Shown: positions 1 to 9,444, numbered from the stretch's first letter. The stretch is DNA of 64,000 nucleotides from an uncultured archaeon (GCA_964512235.1 CAZEGD010000001.1:42874-106873), one strand, 5' to 3'. Notes: a model not told the origin generated them from the sequence alone. Numbers and translations are program-made.

Positions 1-259
1 TGAAAACGCGCAAATGCTGTATGATTTTCTCTAAGGCAGACAGGACATTCTTTCTCGTCGCTTTAGATTTTATATTGCTTGCAGTACCCTGTTCATCCTT
101 GAGCTGGCCGATTACGTCTGTTACGCTATAGCCCGATGGTATGTACACTGAAACGAGCTCAGTATGCCTACCGCGTATGGCATCAAGCTCTTTCACAATC
201 TTCTTCAGTTTCAATGCATTATCAATATTTACACTTTTCTTAGCCATAGGAGCACCCAT
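1..259 (-). CDS. prf1: Peptide chain release factor aRF1, N-terminal part (gene runs off the left edge)
   Basis: My reverse-strand translation from ATG 257-259 (alternative ATG 245-247) reads MGAPMAKKSVNIDNALKLKKIVKELDAIRGRHTELVSVYIPSGYSVTDVIGQLKDEQGTASNIKSKATRKNVLSALEKIIQHLRVF. It contains the eRF1/aRF1 NIKS motif. It is absent from the ORF track because it is truncated by the window edge. Confidence 0.85.
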   Translation of the reverse strand, partial: MGAPMAKKSVNIDNALKLKKIVKELDAIRGRHTELVSVYIPSGYSVTDVIGQLKDEQGTASNIKSKATRKNVLSALEKIIQHLRVF

Positions 260-2590
260 TCATTTCTTACCTTTAGCCTTTATATTGTGCATTTCCTTCA
301 GATCTTTTTCAAACGGTTTTAGCTCTTTAGGTATTTCAATTTCTATTGAATCTTTCAGAGACAGTCCTTGCTCTTTCTTCGTATTCCATACTTTTGAATT
401 AAATCCAGTGAGTGCTTGAGTAATCTCTGTCGCAGATTCATTCCATTCGGGCTTTGGAAAACTTAGCATATGTATGCTCTCTTCATCGCCCACGTAAATC
501 TCTTGCCACAAATACTCTGTTACGAATGGTACTATTGGAGCGAGCAAGAGCAGCAGAGTACGCATGCATTTGTGCAGAGCATACCACGCTGATTTAGAGC
601 CGGCATATGCACGAATCTTCACCATCTCCACATAATGGGATGCAAATAGGTTCCATGCAAACTCCCTTATAGCATTTGCTACAGCATTGAATTCATACGC
701 AAGGGATTTTTCCTCTACAAGTTTGACAAGCTTAGACAGCTCTGCAAGTATCCATTCGTCAGTCTTTTCTAGCTTGACCTTTTTTGGTTCCGGAAACATT
801 GAGATGAACCGGGCTATGTTCCACAGCTTAGTGATGAACTTGTTCGTGCCTTCAATGCGTTCAAAACTGCAGCGTATATCACCTCTTGCAATATCCCCTT
901 CCAGGCAAGTCCATATCCTCAGGGCTTCAGCCCCATATTTCTTTAGCACGTCTTGCGGGTCTATGACATTGCCCATACTCTTGCTCATCTTTATGCCCGA
1001 CTCGTCCATGATGTGATGATTTATCCATACTTCGTTGAAAGCCCGCTTCTTCTCCAGCAGCCATGCCTTCAATAGTGTGAAATAAAGCCAAGTGCGCACT
1101 ATCTCTTTGCCCTGCGGCCTGAGTGAGCATGGCAAGTTTGACTGGAAGAATTCCTTGTCCCATAAATAGCCAAGTATGTAAAACTCAGAAGTGCTAGAAT
1201 CGAACCATGTATCAAATACTCTCGTCTCCCCTGTGAATTCGCTACCTCCGCACTTGGGACATTTCTTGATTGGTGGTCGCTTGAGCCAAGGCTGGTAGTA
1301 CTTTCCAGGCTCAGGTACGTACACATATCCGCACTTGCAGTACCATAATGGTATTTCCGTCCCGTAGTATCGCCTGCGCGAGATGACCCAGTCAATGTTT
1401 ATCGCATTTATCCAGTCTATCAGTATCTGCTTGCTCTCTGGTGCAAAGACCTTGATCTGCCTAGCCATTTCCAGCATATCATCCTTTGAATCTATCTGCT
1501 TGAGATAGAGCTCTTTCATCGGTACAAATTCTATGGGGTTCTTGCTGCGCCAGCATATGGGTTGCCTGTTTGTTATCTGCTCCTGCTTTTCAACCAAGCT
1601 AGCAGCTTGCAAGTCTTTAATGATTGCTTGTCTAGCTTCTTTTACAGTCATACCCTTATACTTGCCAGCATTCTCAGTCATCCTCCCCTTTTCGTCAATC
1701 GCATAAGTCGGTTCTATGTCCAACTCCCTGAGCAATCGCACATCTCCATAATCGCCAAAGCTGCACACCATCATCATACCGCTGCCAAATTCCATCTTAG
1801 CATAAGGATGCTCTATTATGCTGACTTCCTGGCCAAAGATTGGAACTATTGCTGTCTTGCCCTTCAGCTTCCTGTATCTGTCATCGTCTGGGTGATAGAG
1901 GACGACTTTGCACGTAGATAGCAATTCTGGTCTGGTGGTTGCTATTATTGCATCCTCGCCAGTCTCCTTTATCTTGAACTTTATGTAGTTCAACGCAGCC
2001 TTCTCTTCTTTGTATTCCACTTCTGCATCGGATATTGTAGTGCGACACACGGGGCAATAATTGGTTGGCTTTAGGTCCTCATAGACAAGTCCCTTATGCC
2101 ATAACTCGATAAATGTCTGCTGTGTCAGCCTTCTGAATTCTGGATCATCCGTATCATACCTGCCACCTATTGCATACTCCAGCTCCCAGCCGCTGAAGCT
2201 TATGCCAAGCCTGCGGAAGCTATCTAGGCTTGCATCTCCGCTTTTTGCAATCAGTTCTTTGCACCTCTTTAAGAATTCCTCTCTTGGCGTGTCGTGTATG
2301 CTTATGCCAAATTCTTTCTCCACCTGCACTTCTATAGGCAATCCATTCTTGTCCAATCCTACAGGAAAAAGTACGTTCCATCCCATCATCCGCCTGAAGC
2401 GGGCTATGATGTCCATGATTGTGTATGTGAACGCATGTCCCATGTGTATTGGTGCATTCACATAGGGTGGTGGCGTGTCTATGCTGAATAGCGGCTTGCG
2501 GTTGCGTTTGTCAAATTTATACAGTCCAAGCTCCTGCCATCGCTTGAATATATCTGGCTCTAAGTCTTTGCTCCATCTCTTCTCCTTTAT
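260..2590 (-). CDS. valS: Valyl-tRNA synthetase (class Ia); start codon unresolved
   Basis: IDTPPPYVNAPIHMGHA (HIGH-type motif). IKMSKSMGNVIDP (KMSKS motif). Editing-domain strings TTRPELL and FGSGMMMVCSFGD. The track ORF starts at an internal GTG (2459-2461). The frame stays open upstream to a stop at 2660-2662 and encodes KIKEKRWSKDLEPDIFKRWQELGLYKFD, which looks like a normal ValRS N-terminus. The 2590 end is a guess (ATA codon). Confidence 0.8.
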   Translation of the reverse strand: MKEKRWSKDLEPDIFKRWQELGLYKFDKRNRKPLFSIDTPPPYVNAPIHMGHAFTYTIMDIIARFRRMMGWNVLFPVGLDKNGLPIEVQVEKEFGISIHDTPREEFLKRCKELIAKSGDASLDSFRRLGISFSGWELEYAIGGRYDTDDPEFRRLTQQTFIELWHKGLVYEDLKPTNYCPVCRTTISDAEVEYKEEKAALNYIKFKIKETGEDAIIATTRPELLSTCKVVLYHPDDDRYRKLKGKTAIVPIFGQEVSIIEHPYAKMEFGSGMMMVCSFGDYGDVRLLRELDIEPTYAIDEKGRMTENAGKYKGMTVKEARQAIIKDLQAASLVEKQEQITNRQPICWRSKNPIEFVPMKELYLKQIDSKDDMLEMARQIKVFAPESKQILIDWINAINIDWVISRRRYYGTEIPLWYCKCGYVYVPEPGKYYQPWLKRPPIKKCPKCGGSEFTGETRVFDTWFDSSTSEFYILGYLWDKEFFQSNLPCSLRPQGKEIVRTWLYFTLLKAWLLEKKRAFNEVWINHHIMDESGIKMSKSMGNVIDPQDVLKKYGAEALRIWTCLEGDIARGDIRCSFERIEGTNKFITKLWNIARFISMFPEPKKVKLEKTDEWILAELSKLVKLVEEKSLAYEFNAVANAIREFAWNLFASHYVEMVKIRAYAGSKSAWYALHKCMRTLLLLLAPIVPFVTEYLWQEIYVGDEESIHMLSFPKPEWNESATEITQALTGFNSKVWNTKKEQGLSLKDSIEIEIPKELKPFEKDLKEMHNIKAKGKK

Positions 2591-2773
2591 CTTCGGTTTA
2601 AACTCTTGAGCTATACCATCACCACTAAAACTAATTTTAGAATTAGCACTAAATAAAAGTCAGGAATCGTTTCTGCTTTGAGTTCCAGGCATCAGAATTT
2701 TACTATGCATACGAACACCTAGAGAATAATTAAAATCCAATCATATTTAAATTTTGATTTTCTTCTTAATCTT

Positions 2774-3091
2774 ATGAGAATATGGGATACAGTGAAAGAT
2801 ACATACACGCAAGATGACATAGATTTAGCAATAATACGCTCGATATTAGACTATAAGTCACAATTCAAGACAAGGAGCGTTAGGAGAGATTTGAATCGAA
2901 AACTTAGGGATAGGGAATTTGACTCTCGACGCGTTAGCAGCTATTTAAAGAATCTCGTAAATGGAGACTTAAAAGGTCTTATAGAAATTGATAGGAGTTC
3001 TGGAACAATGGTATATATAATAAAAGATAAAGTCGGTATAAAAAAGGTGTATGATAGACTCTATGAACGGAATGCTCAGGAAAAAAAGTAA
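2774..3091 (+). CDS. Hypothetical protein (105 aa, basic)
   Basis: Non-overlapped ORF in an intergenic gap with an AT-rich upstream region. No motif recognised. Confidence 0.35.
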   Translation: MRIWDTVKDTYTQDDIDLAIIRSILDYKSQFKTRSVRRDLNRKLRDREFDSRRVSSYLKNLVNGDLKGLIEIDRSSGTMVYIIKDKVGIKKVYDRLYERNAQEKK

Positions 3092-3176
3092 GTAGGAACA
3101 AATCACTTTCTCAACTTGGTTTCTTAACGAAATTAAAATAGAACAGCTTAAATCTTTAACTCTGTTTTTATTTCAT

Positions 3177-3428
3177 ATGAGTTATCGCAGATGGGAATGG
3201 GGTACCAATAAAAAGAAATATTTATTTTCAATCGAAGTACATCCATACAAACTAAGCAAGCAGTCTAACATCATTACCAGCCGCGGAGGGAGTATGATGG
3301 GACATTACTCCCGTGGCGATTCTAGAGGTGTGTTTATGGTTATGATCAGCCACACTGATATGAACGAGCTTGAGAAAGAATTCGATTGGATTGAAGAATC
3401 CTATGTAGGACTTCCAACTCATAGATGA
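3177..3428 (+). CDS. Hypothetical protein (83 aa)
   Basis: ORF only. No motif recognised. Confidence 0.2.
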   Translation: MSYRRWEWGTNKKKYLFSIEVHPYKLSKQSNIITSRGGSMMGHYSRGDSRGVFMVMISHTDMNELEKEFDWIEESYVGLPTHR

Positions 3429-3434
3429 AAGATA

Positions 3435-3827
3435 TCATGCCATAGCATCGTAGAATCTTTTTGTTTCTATTGCCGTTTCAACCACTATACCAAATGTCTT
3501 TTTTCCATGGTCTGTAATTTCGTAGCGAGTGTCTTCTTGGTAAGGACGAGTAGATACCACTAAACCATTTCCTGCCATTTTGCTCAAATAACCCCCGAGA
3601 TTTCCAATCGGTATCTTCGTACGCTTACTGATTGTTCCCCTTGTACATCCTTGAGAGCTACGAGCAAGCACCCCTAGGATTTTGGCTCTATTTAGACCAT
3701 GTTGAAATTCTGTAGGTTTCAAATCATCTGGACATCTGGTATATAGCCACTCAACTAAATTATTTTGGTCCATACTAGCACTAAGAAGAATGAAGACATC
3801 AAAAGATTTAAGTCTTACACTAATCAA
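3435..3827 (-). CDS. Winged-helix (MarR/ArsR-like) transcriptional regulator
   Basis: LGVLARSSQGCTRGTISKRTKIPIGNLGGYLSKMAGNGLVVST...RYEITDHGKK has a helix-turn-helix plus wing pattern. The start may be the internal MDQNN. Confidence 0.5.
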   Translation of the reverse strand: MISVRLKSFDVFILLSASMDQNNLVEWLYTRCPDDLKPTEFQHGLNRAKILGVLARSSQGCTRGTISKRTKIPIGNLGGYLSKMAGNGLVVSTRPYQEDTRYEITDHGKKTFGIVVETAIETKRFYDAMA

Positions 3828-4109
3828 TTCTAAATTACGCCTTGTCCCTTAAGCCTCTGTTGAATTGTGATCCCGAAGGTGAGTAATGACTATAGAAGCA
3901 CAGGACAAGGTTACATAATTATTAACTACTCTAAGGTGACAAAGAATAGAAACATTTATATACTAACTAAACATAACTAAGAAAAAGTAAAAAAACAAGA
4001 AGTATAGAGTTGTGACAAATAGCATTAGTTGATTTCGACATTAAAGATGATTGAACGTGCTAATTCTATTGCTTATGTGACTTCTTTGAAATAAAGTGAG
4101 GAATATAAA

Positions 4110-5447
4110 ATGAAATTTGAAGAACTAGGTATAGAAGAAAGAATACTGGGATCCATGGGTGAAATGGGATTCAAGACACCCACCAGGATACAGACAGAAG
4201 CGATCCCTGTGATAAAGAAGGGTAGAGACGTTATAGGACAGTCCGAGACTGGGTCTGGAAAGACTGCTGCCTTCGGAGTACCTATCATAGAGAATGTGGA
4301 GAGGGGAAGGGGGATACAGGCACTGGTGCTTGCGCCCACTAGGGAGCTTGCAAAGCAGATAGCAGGCGACTTTGAGAACCTTTCAAAGTACAAGAAACTC
4401 TTTATCGAGGCTGTTTATGGCGGAACTTCAATGAACCCGCAGATAAGGAATCTGAGGAATGCTGACATTGTAGTTGGCACTCCCGGAAGGATAATGGATC
4501 ATATGAGAAGGGGTACGTTGATTACCGACAGAGTCAAGATTTTCGTTCTGGACGAGGCTGACAAGATGATAAGCATGGGCTTCATAAACGACATAAAGAC
4601 CATAGAGAGGCACATTCCCAGACAGAGGCAGACTCTGCTCTTCAGCGCTACTATGCATGAGAGCTTGCTTGGGATAGCCAGGAGCTTCACAAATGACGCG
4701 AAGAGGATAAAGACTGCCAATAAGGTCAGTGATGACGTGCTGAAGCAGTTCTACTATGACATCCACAGGCAGGAGAAGTTCTCTCTGCTTGTCCATCTGA
4801 TAAAGAATGAGAATCCTGACCGTTTCATAGTGTTCTGCAACACTAGGAGAGATGTTGATGGTGTGATAAACAACCTGAAGATACAGGGTATCAGGGGGGA
4901 TTTCCTTCATGGAGGGCTCACTCAGAACAGGAGAGAGGATGCTATGGAGAGGTTCCACAAGGGAGAGACAAGGTGCCTTATAGCGACTGACGTTGCCGCG
5001 AGGGGACTTGACATCAAGGACATCAGCCATATCTTCAACTACAGCATACCAAAGACTATCGACGACTACGCGAACAGAATCGGAAGGACTGCCAGAGCAG
5101 GGAAGACAGGCAAAGCAATCACACTGCTAAGCAAGGACGACCACATGTCGTTCGGCAGGATACTGAGAAAGTTCTCGTATGAGATAGAGAAAGTACCTTT
5201 GCCGCAGTTCGAGAGCCTACCTTTCAGCAGGAACAGGCAGGACAGATATGGAAGAAGTGGCAGATTCTCGCGACCGAGTGGACGTTCCGGAGGCAGGCGA
5301 TACGGCAGCTCAAGCAGAGGCCGTTCAAACTATGGAAGTGGCCGTTCAGGGTATAGAAACTCAAGGAACAGCCGTTCCAGAGGACGCGGTTCTATGGGAG
5401 GCCGTTCAAGAAGCGGCAACTCCGGAAGTTTTAGAAGAAGGCGTTGA
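4110..5447 (+). CDS. DEAD-box ATP-dependent RNA helicase with an RG/RS-rich C-terminal tail
   Basis: Q-motif region FKTPTRIQ. Motif I SETGSGKTAAF. Motif II VLDEADKM. Motif III SAT. ATDVAARGLDI. NRIGRTARAG. The last ~70 aa are GRSGRFSRPSGRSGGRRYGSSSRGRSNYGSGRSGYRNSRNSRSRGRG... Confidence 0.92.
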   Translation: MKFEELGIEERILGSMGEMGFKTPTRIQTEAIPVIKKGRDVIGQSETGSGKTAAFGVPIIENVERGRGIQALVLAPTRELAKQIAGDFENLSKYKKLFIEAVYGGTSMNPQIRNLRNADIVVGTPGRIMDHMRRGTLITDRVKIFVLDEADKMISMGFINDIKTIERHIPRQRQTLLFSATMHESLLGIARSFTNDAKRIKTANKVSDDVLKQFYYDIHRQEKFSLLVHLIKNENPDRFIVFCNTRRDVDGVINNLKIQGIRGDFLHGGLTQNRREDAMERFHKGETRCLIATDVAARGLDIKDISHIFNYSIPKTIDDYANRIGRTARAGKTGKAITLLSKDDHMSFGRILRKFSYEIEKVPLPQFESLPFSRNRQDRYGRSGRFSRPSGRSGGRRYGSSSRGRSNYGSGRSGYRNSRNSRSRGRGSMGGRSRSGNSGSFRRRR

Positions 5448-6398
5448 ATGTTGCACGTAACAGTCGGGATATTTGGTATGCGTGAGGATGCGAACAAACT
5501 TGCATCAAGTCTGGCTAAGAAAGGAACAATTAGTGATATCGCACTCTACAGTCATACCAGTTCGGAAGGCGTAGTTACATACGTCTGCCCCAATTCTGAG
5601 AGCAATAAGATACAGCCACTGCTAGAATGTTTAAACATGATAGACTTTCCTGTAATCGTCGTTAACGAGTTGACAAAGGAGATAGGTGAGATAATAATAG
5701 CCGTAAGTGAAATGGCATTCGACAAAGGATTCTTCATTGCAGCATCTGGGATGGACGAGCCGATAAGGAGTCTGACAAAGGGCACGGTACTTGAGAATTT
5801 CACATTTGTAGATGAGAACGCTCTGAGGGTAGAAATAATGAAGATTGGAAATGATATACGAAGACCTGACAAAGCAGAAGACCCGCTGATTATGCCCATA
5901 GACAACTGCTTCAAGGTGAAGGGTGTGGGGACTATCGCACTTGGAATTGTGAGAAGCGGTGTGATAAAGAAGCATGATAAAGTAATGATAGAACCGTTTG
6001 GAAAAGAAGCCACTGTGAAGGGTATACAGTCACAGGACAACAGTCTGGAAGAGGCAGTTGCCGGAATGAGACTTGGAGTCAACCTGAGGGGAGTAGAGCC
6101 TGAAGGAATAGACAGAGGCTTCATAATATGTGGCAAAGAAAACAAAATCATCAAGTCTTCAGAGCTGAAGGTAAATCTGAAGCGCAACAAATTCTTCAAG
6201 CAGGAGCTGAAAGAGAACGTGTCAGTCATGATAAACGTGGGTCTGCAGACAGTCTCCTGTGACGTAAAATCGGTCAACGGCGAGAAAATCGCACTTTCAG
6301 CTTCACAACCCGTAGCATATACGGATGGTCAAAGGTTCATACTGGCATCCAGCAATGATATAATGCCCAAAATAATCGGAAGCGGTCAAATAGAATGA
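5448..6398 (+). CDS. EF-Tu/SelB-like translation-factor paralogue with degenerate G domain
   Basis: Domain-II-like beta-barrel string IDNCFKVKGVGTIALGIVRSGVIKKHDKVMIEPFGKEATVKGIQSQDNSLEEAVAGMRLGVNLRGV. The N-terminus VGIFGMREDANKLASSLAKKGT sits where GHVDHGKT/S is expected. No NKxD motif seen. The start codon directly abuts the helicase stop. Confidence 0.6.
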   Translation: MLHVTVGIFGMREDANKLASSLAKKGTISDIALYSHTSSEGVVTYVCPNSESNKIQPLLECLNMIDFPVIVVNELTKEIGEIIIAVSEMAFDKGFFIAASGMDEPIRSLTKGTVLENFTFVDENALRVEIMKIGNDIRRPDKAEDPLIMPIDNCFKVKGVGTIALGIVRSGVIKKHDKVMIEPFGKEATVKGIQSQDNSLEEAVAGMRLGVNLRGVEPEGIDRGFIICGKENKIIKSSELKVNLKRNKFFKQELKENVSVMINVGLQTVSCDVKSVNGEKIALSASQPVAYTDGQRFILASSNDIMPKIIGSGQIE

Positions 6399-6427
6399 AT
6401 ACAGTTCAGCACAAGGCTATACTACTT

Positions 6428-6787
6428 TTATTGAACATATACTTTAGTCCCTAATTTGATTTTGTGTTTTTCCACAAATCCTGAGTTTACTTCCAGGACG
6501 TACTTTGCACGCTTCTTTGGAACGTAAGTCTTGCAAAAGAGCAGACATGGTTTGGCATCTTCTACTATGTCAACTACGCATCTATCATTTATCCATATGA
6601 TGTCTATGGAAAACTGCATCCCAAACATCCATATCGAGTAGTACCCATCTCTTTCAAAGGTAAGAAGCATCCCTTTATTCCTTTCCAATCCTTGTCTAAG
6701 CATCAATCCCCTCATTCTACTTAAGAACGAATCAGCTGTCTCTACATAAACAACAGTCTTCCCTATTTTGACCCTTGAATAACCCAT
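6428..6787 (-). CDS. DUF192-family protein
   Basis: RMRGLMLRQGLERNKGMLLTFERDGYYSIWMFGMQFSIDIIWIND...VLEVNSGF resembles DUF192/COG1430. I trimmed the start to MGYSRVKIG (6787) to remove the overlap with the 6836 gene. Confidence 0.6.
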   Translation of the reverse strand: MGYSRVKIGKTVVYVETADSFLSRMRGLMLRQGLERNKGMLLTFERDGYYSIWMFGMQFSIDIIWINDRCVVDIVEDAKPCLLFCKTYVPKKRAKYVLEVNSGFVEKHKIKLGTKVYVQ

Positions 6788-6835
6788 AGAAGCATATTTA
6801 ACTTTTAAACCAAAATATATTTTAGGGCAGATTGA

Positions 6836-8125
6836 ATGGTAGGGTACCTTACAGTGTTGGCAATATTTGCGCTGATGTCCGCGATTGGAGTTATGGTAAA
6901 GTCGAAGCTGCAAAGGACTGAAATCTCAAAATATCTCTTTTCTGGCCTGTTTGTCATGGTCATCGCACTCATAATTGACTACTTTGGGACTGCTTCAGGA
7001 GCTTGGACATACAATAATTCACTATCCATCATTCCCTTGGCTTCCGCTTCTATCCCCATAGAATCATTCCTATTGTTTTTCTCAATAGGTGTCTTGGCCA
7101 GATTCTTCATTTTGAACATGAAAGGTTTCAACCTTCCCATCAGCCATAATGTCATACTCTACATTCTTCTCATGGTCGTTCTCGTCCCTGTCATCTTAGG
7201 GTTGTCAGAGGGCAAGTTTCCCGACATGCTTCCATTGGCTGCGATAATCGGATTGTGGGGGGTGCTGAATGCATCGGGTGAAAACAGGAAAAATATCATA
7301 CTTTTGGCTGCTATGTTCATAGCAGCAGACTGGATGATCGAGTCCGCTATAATTGGCAAAGGCGGCTACAGCTTCAGTTCAGGCTTTTCAATATCTACAG
7401 CTATTACACACGGGCTGTTTGCACTTGGTTTCCTTACGGCATTGGATAAGCTGAAAGACAACACTCTAAGTATGCCTTTTACCCTGCCAAAAATTGGAAG
7501 GGGTCAGTGGTCAAGGGAATGGAAAGGACCAATGGGAAGAAGAAGTCCACCTAGAGTTAAAGCACCTTCTCCGTCTAGAGTCAGAATGCCTTCTACATCT
7601 AGAATTTCTAGGGAAGTCTTAGTTATAGTCGGTATAATCGGTGCATCGTCTATTGTAATTCTCTATTTGCTAGGATTCATAAACCCGTCAGGATGGTTAT
7701 CTGCCATCATACCAACCACTACTACAACGATACCTAATGAAACGACTACTACAATCGTGCCAACTACAACAACAGTACCAACCACCACTACTACAACAAC
7801 TACTACCACTACAACTACGACAACATTGCCACCCTGCTCAGGCAACTATTGTGTGTATATGAACAGTCTAAAATGCAGCAACAAAATATTAGTCGCCAAT
7901 CTTACCAATTCTGGCCCTAAAACAATTACAGAGTATGAGTTGTCATACTTCAAATTCTTAGTCAATGGTAATGAGACCAGCATTTTCATATGCTCACCAT
8001 CGGCTATTTCGCCCGGAGAAACTATGAAGTGTTCTTATCCTGCACCAAGTACGGGAACGTATGAAGTTGAAATCCGGGGATTGAGCCTCGGCAATATAGA
8101 AACAGCAAGTGCGTTCTGCAGTTGA
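6836..8125 (+). CDS. Polytopic membrane protein fused to a Thr-rich stalk and a Cys-containing C-terminal domain
   Basis: About 6 hydrophobic segments. Then an R/S/P-rich linker and a TM segment. Then TTTTIPNETTTTIVPTTTTVPTTTTTTTTTTTTTTTLPP. Then a ~95-aa domain with 5 Cys. Confidence 0.6.
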   Translation: MVGYLTVLAIFALMSAIGVMVKSKLQRTEISKYLFSGLFVMVIALIIDYFGTASGAWTYNNSLSIIPLASASIPIESFLLFFSIGVLARFFILNMKGFNLPISHNVILYILLMVVLVPVILGLSEGKFPDMLPLAAIIGLWGVLNASGENRKNIILLAAMFIAADWMIESAIIGKGGYSFSSGFSISTAITHGLFALGFLTALDKLKDNTLSMPFTLPKIGRGQWSREWKGPMGRRSPPRVKAPSPSRVRMPSTSRISREVLVIVGIIGASSIVILYLLGFINPSGWLSAIIPTTTTTIPNETTTTIVPTTTTVPTTTTTTTTTTTTTTTLPPCSGNYCVYMNSLKCSNKILVANLTNSGPKTITEYELSYFKFLVNGNETSIFICSPSAISPGETMKCSYPAPSTGTYEVEIRGLSLGNIETASAFCS

Positions 8126-8129
8126 TCTG

Positions 8130-8903
8130 TCAAAACATCAGAACAACTAATGCAGAAAATATTAACAGGCTTCCTAGATCCGCTATTGCCGTAGTCAATG
8201 GAATCAAAAAGTTGTTTGGGTCCATCTTCTTCTTATACAAGTACATGCCTACAATGACGGAAACAGAGAATATTATGCCAAACAGAGAAACTGCAGTGAT
8301 GATTGTTATCATTAAGACTTTCACCATTATGCTGCTGCTTGCAGGAAATCCCATCCAGTATGCGAGAATATTTGACATAAAACCGATGAATAGTGATGCG
8401 GCTATTGCTGCGACAAAGAGTATGATAAAAAGCTTTTGTAACTCCCTAGATTTCCACCATCGCTTTGTGACCATGTGGAAGAATAGCATATTTGTGAATT
8501 TTGAAGACGTTATAGTGCCAAAGCTCCCCACCATATCCATGAGAGCAGGCATGACTATGAGCAAAGGCATTATTGTGACAATATTCTCCCTTATGTAAGT
8601 GAGCCTTAGGCCGCCCAACGAGCTAAGTACTGCTGTAAGCACAAGGACTTTCCAACTCTCTTTAATTATTTTCAATGGCACATTAGACTTTGCACTGTAC
8701 TCTTTCATGTAAAAGAGCGTACGGTGCGATATCTTATACTCCCTGTGTATGCGGTGAGCCGTCCGGCTATGCTTGCTGCGTTTGTGTTTTATGACTTTTT
8801 TCAGCTTTCTCTTCAGCCTCTTTCCCGCTCCATCTTTCACTCCATCTATTCTATATAATATGTCATCCATTACTGTCCTTTCAGCCTTTCTCTTCTTTTT
8901 CAT
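8130..8903 (-). CDS. MgtE-type divalent-cation transporter domain protein (with basic N-terminal extension)
   Basis: C-terminal DPNNFLIPLTTAIADLGSLLIFSALVVLMF matches the MgtE/SLC41 membrane-domain signature. Multiple TM segments. Confidence 0.65.
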   Translation of the reverse strand: MKKKRKAERTVMDDILYRIDGVKDGAGKRLKRKLKKVIKHKRSKHSRTAHRIHREYKISHRTLFYMKEYSAKSNVPLKIIKESWKVLVLTAVLSSLGGLRLTYIRENIVTIMPLLIVMPALMDMVGSFGTITSSKFTNMLFFHMVTKRWWKSRELQKLFIILFVAAIAASLFIGFMSNILAYWMGFPASSSIMVKVLMITIITAVSLFGIIFSVSVIVGMYLYKKKMDPNNFLIPLTTAIADLGSLLIFSALVVLMF

Positions 8904-8907
8904 ACAA

Positions 8908-9444
8908 TCACACCAACATTACTGCCGCAAGCAGGGAGAGTATGCTTATTATGTCTCCCGTGACCGTCACATAGGGCCCGATTATGTTGTTCGGGTCGTT
9001 GCCTCGCTTGAAAAAGTAAAATACTGCAAAAACAGTCAAAGGTATGCTTATAGTACTTGACACTACACCAGCTATTACAGCAACGAACACTATCCTTAGT
9101 GAAAATTCACCAAAGACTGCAAAGTTCGCCACAGATGCAATGATACCTAGGCAAGAGCTAACTAGGATTGCAAGGAGGATGGCAGCTATTATGTTACCGT
9201 ATAGGATCCTGCTTTTCTTTATTTCAGGCTTTATTGCACGGACGAACAGTCCAGAAGTCAGCCTTGCTGCCAACGACCCGCTAATGCCGCCACGCATCTC
9301 TAGGAAGCCGGGGAGGAAGATGAATATTGCAGGCAGCAGATAGAGTTTATCTATAGCAGCCGATAACAGCGTACCTGCTATAAGTCCGCCGCATACTGAC
9401 AAGAATTCAGCCGTCAATATTTCCTTCAAAGTCTTGCTTTCCAT
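8908..9444 (-). CDS. MgtE-type divalent-cation transporter domain protein
   Basis: GNDPNNIIGPYVTVTGDIISILSLLAAVMLV. Tandem with 8130-8903, which is the usual paired arrangement of archaeal MgtE-domain genes. Confidence 0.65.
   Translation of the reverse strand: MESKTLKEILTAEFLSVCGGLIAGTLLSAAIDKLYLLPAIFIFLPGFLEMRGGISGSLAARLTSGLFVRAIKPEIKKSRILYGNIIAAILLAILVSSCLGIIASVANFAVFGEFSLRIVFVAVIAGVVSSTISIPLTVFAVFYFFKRGNDPNNIIGPYVTVTGDIISILSLLAAVMLV

Noticed and set aside
3840-3910. An 8-bp inverted repeat (ccttgtcc ... ggacaagg) enclosing 55 nt and followed by ACA. I considered it as an H/ACA or C/D sRNA or a tRNA-like element.
   Set aside because: I could not build an upper stem, pseudouridylation pocket, K-turn, C/D boxes or a T loop. 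An 8-bp inverted repeat at this spacing can occur by chance. It may simply be promoter or operator DNA for the wHTH gene.
6788-6913. The N-terminal 42-aa extension of the DUF192 ORF (Cys/His-rich MQLRLYHNSNRGHQRKYCQHCKVPYHSIC).
   Set aside because: It overlaps the start of the divergent membrane-protein gene and precedes the conserved DUF192 core. The internal Met is the more likely start, although a small zinc-ribbon extension cannot be excluded.
7711-7826. Tandem ACN-rich repeats, considered as a CRISPR or microsatellite array.
   Set aside because: They are in-frame Thr codons of a surface-protein stalk, with no spacer/repeat periodicity. No CRISPR array is present anywhere in the window.
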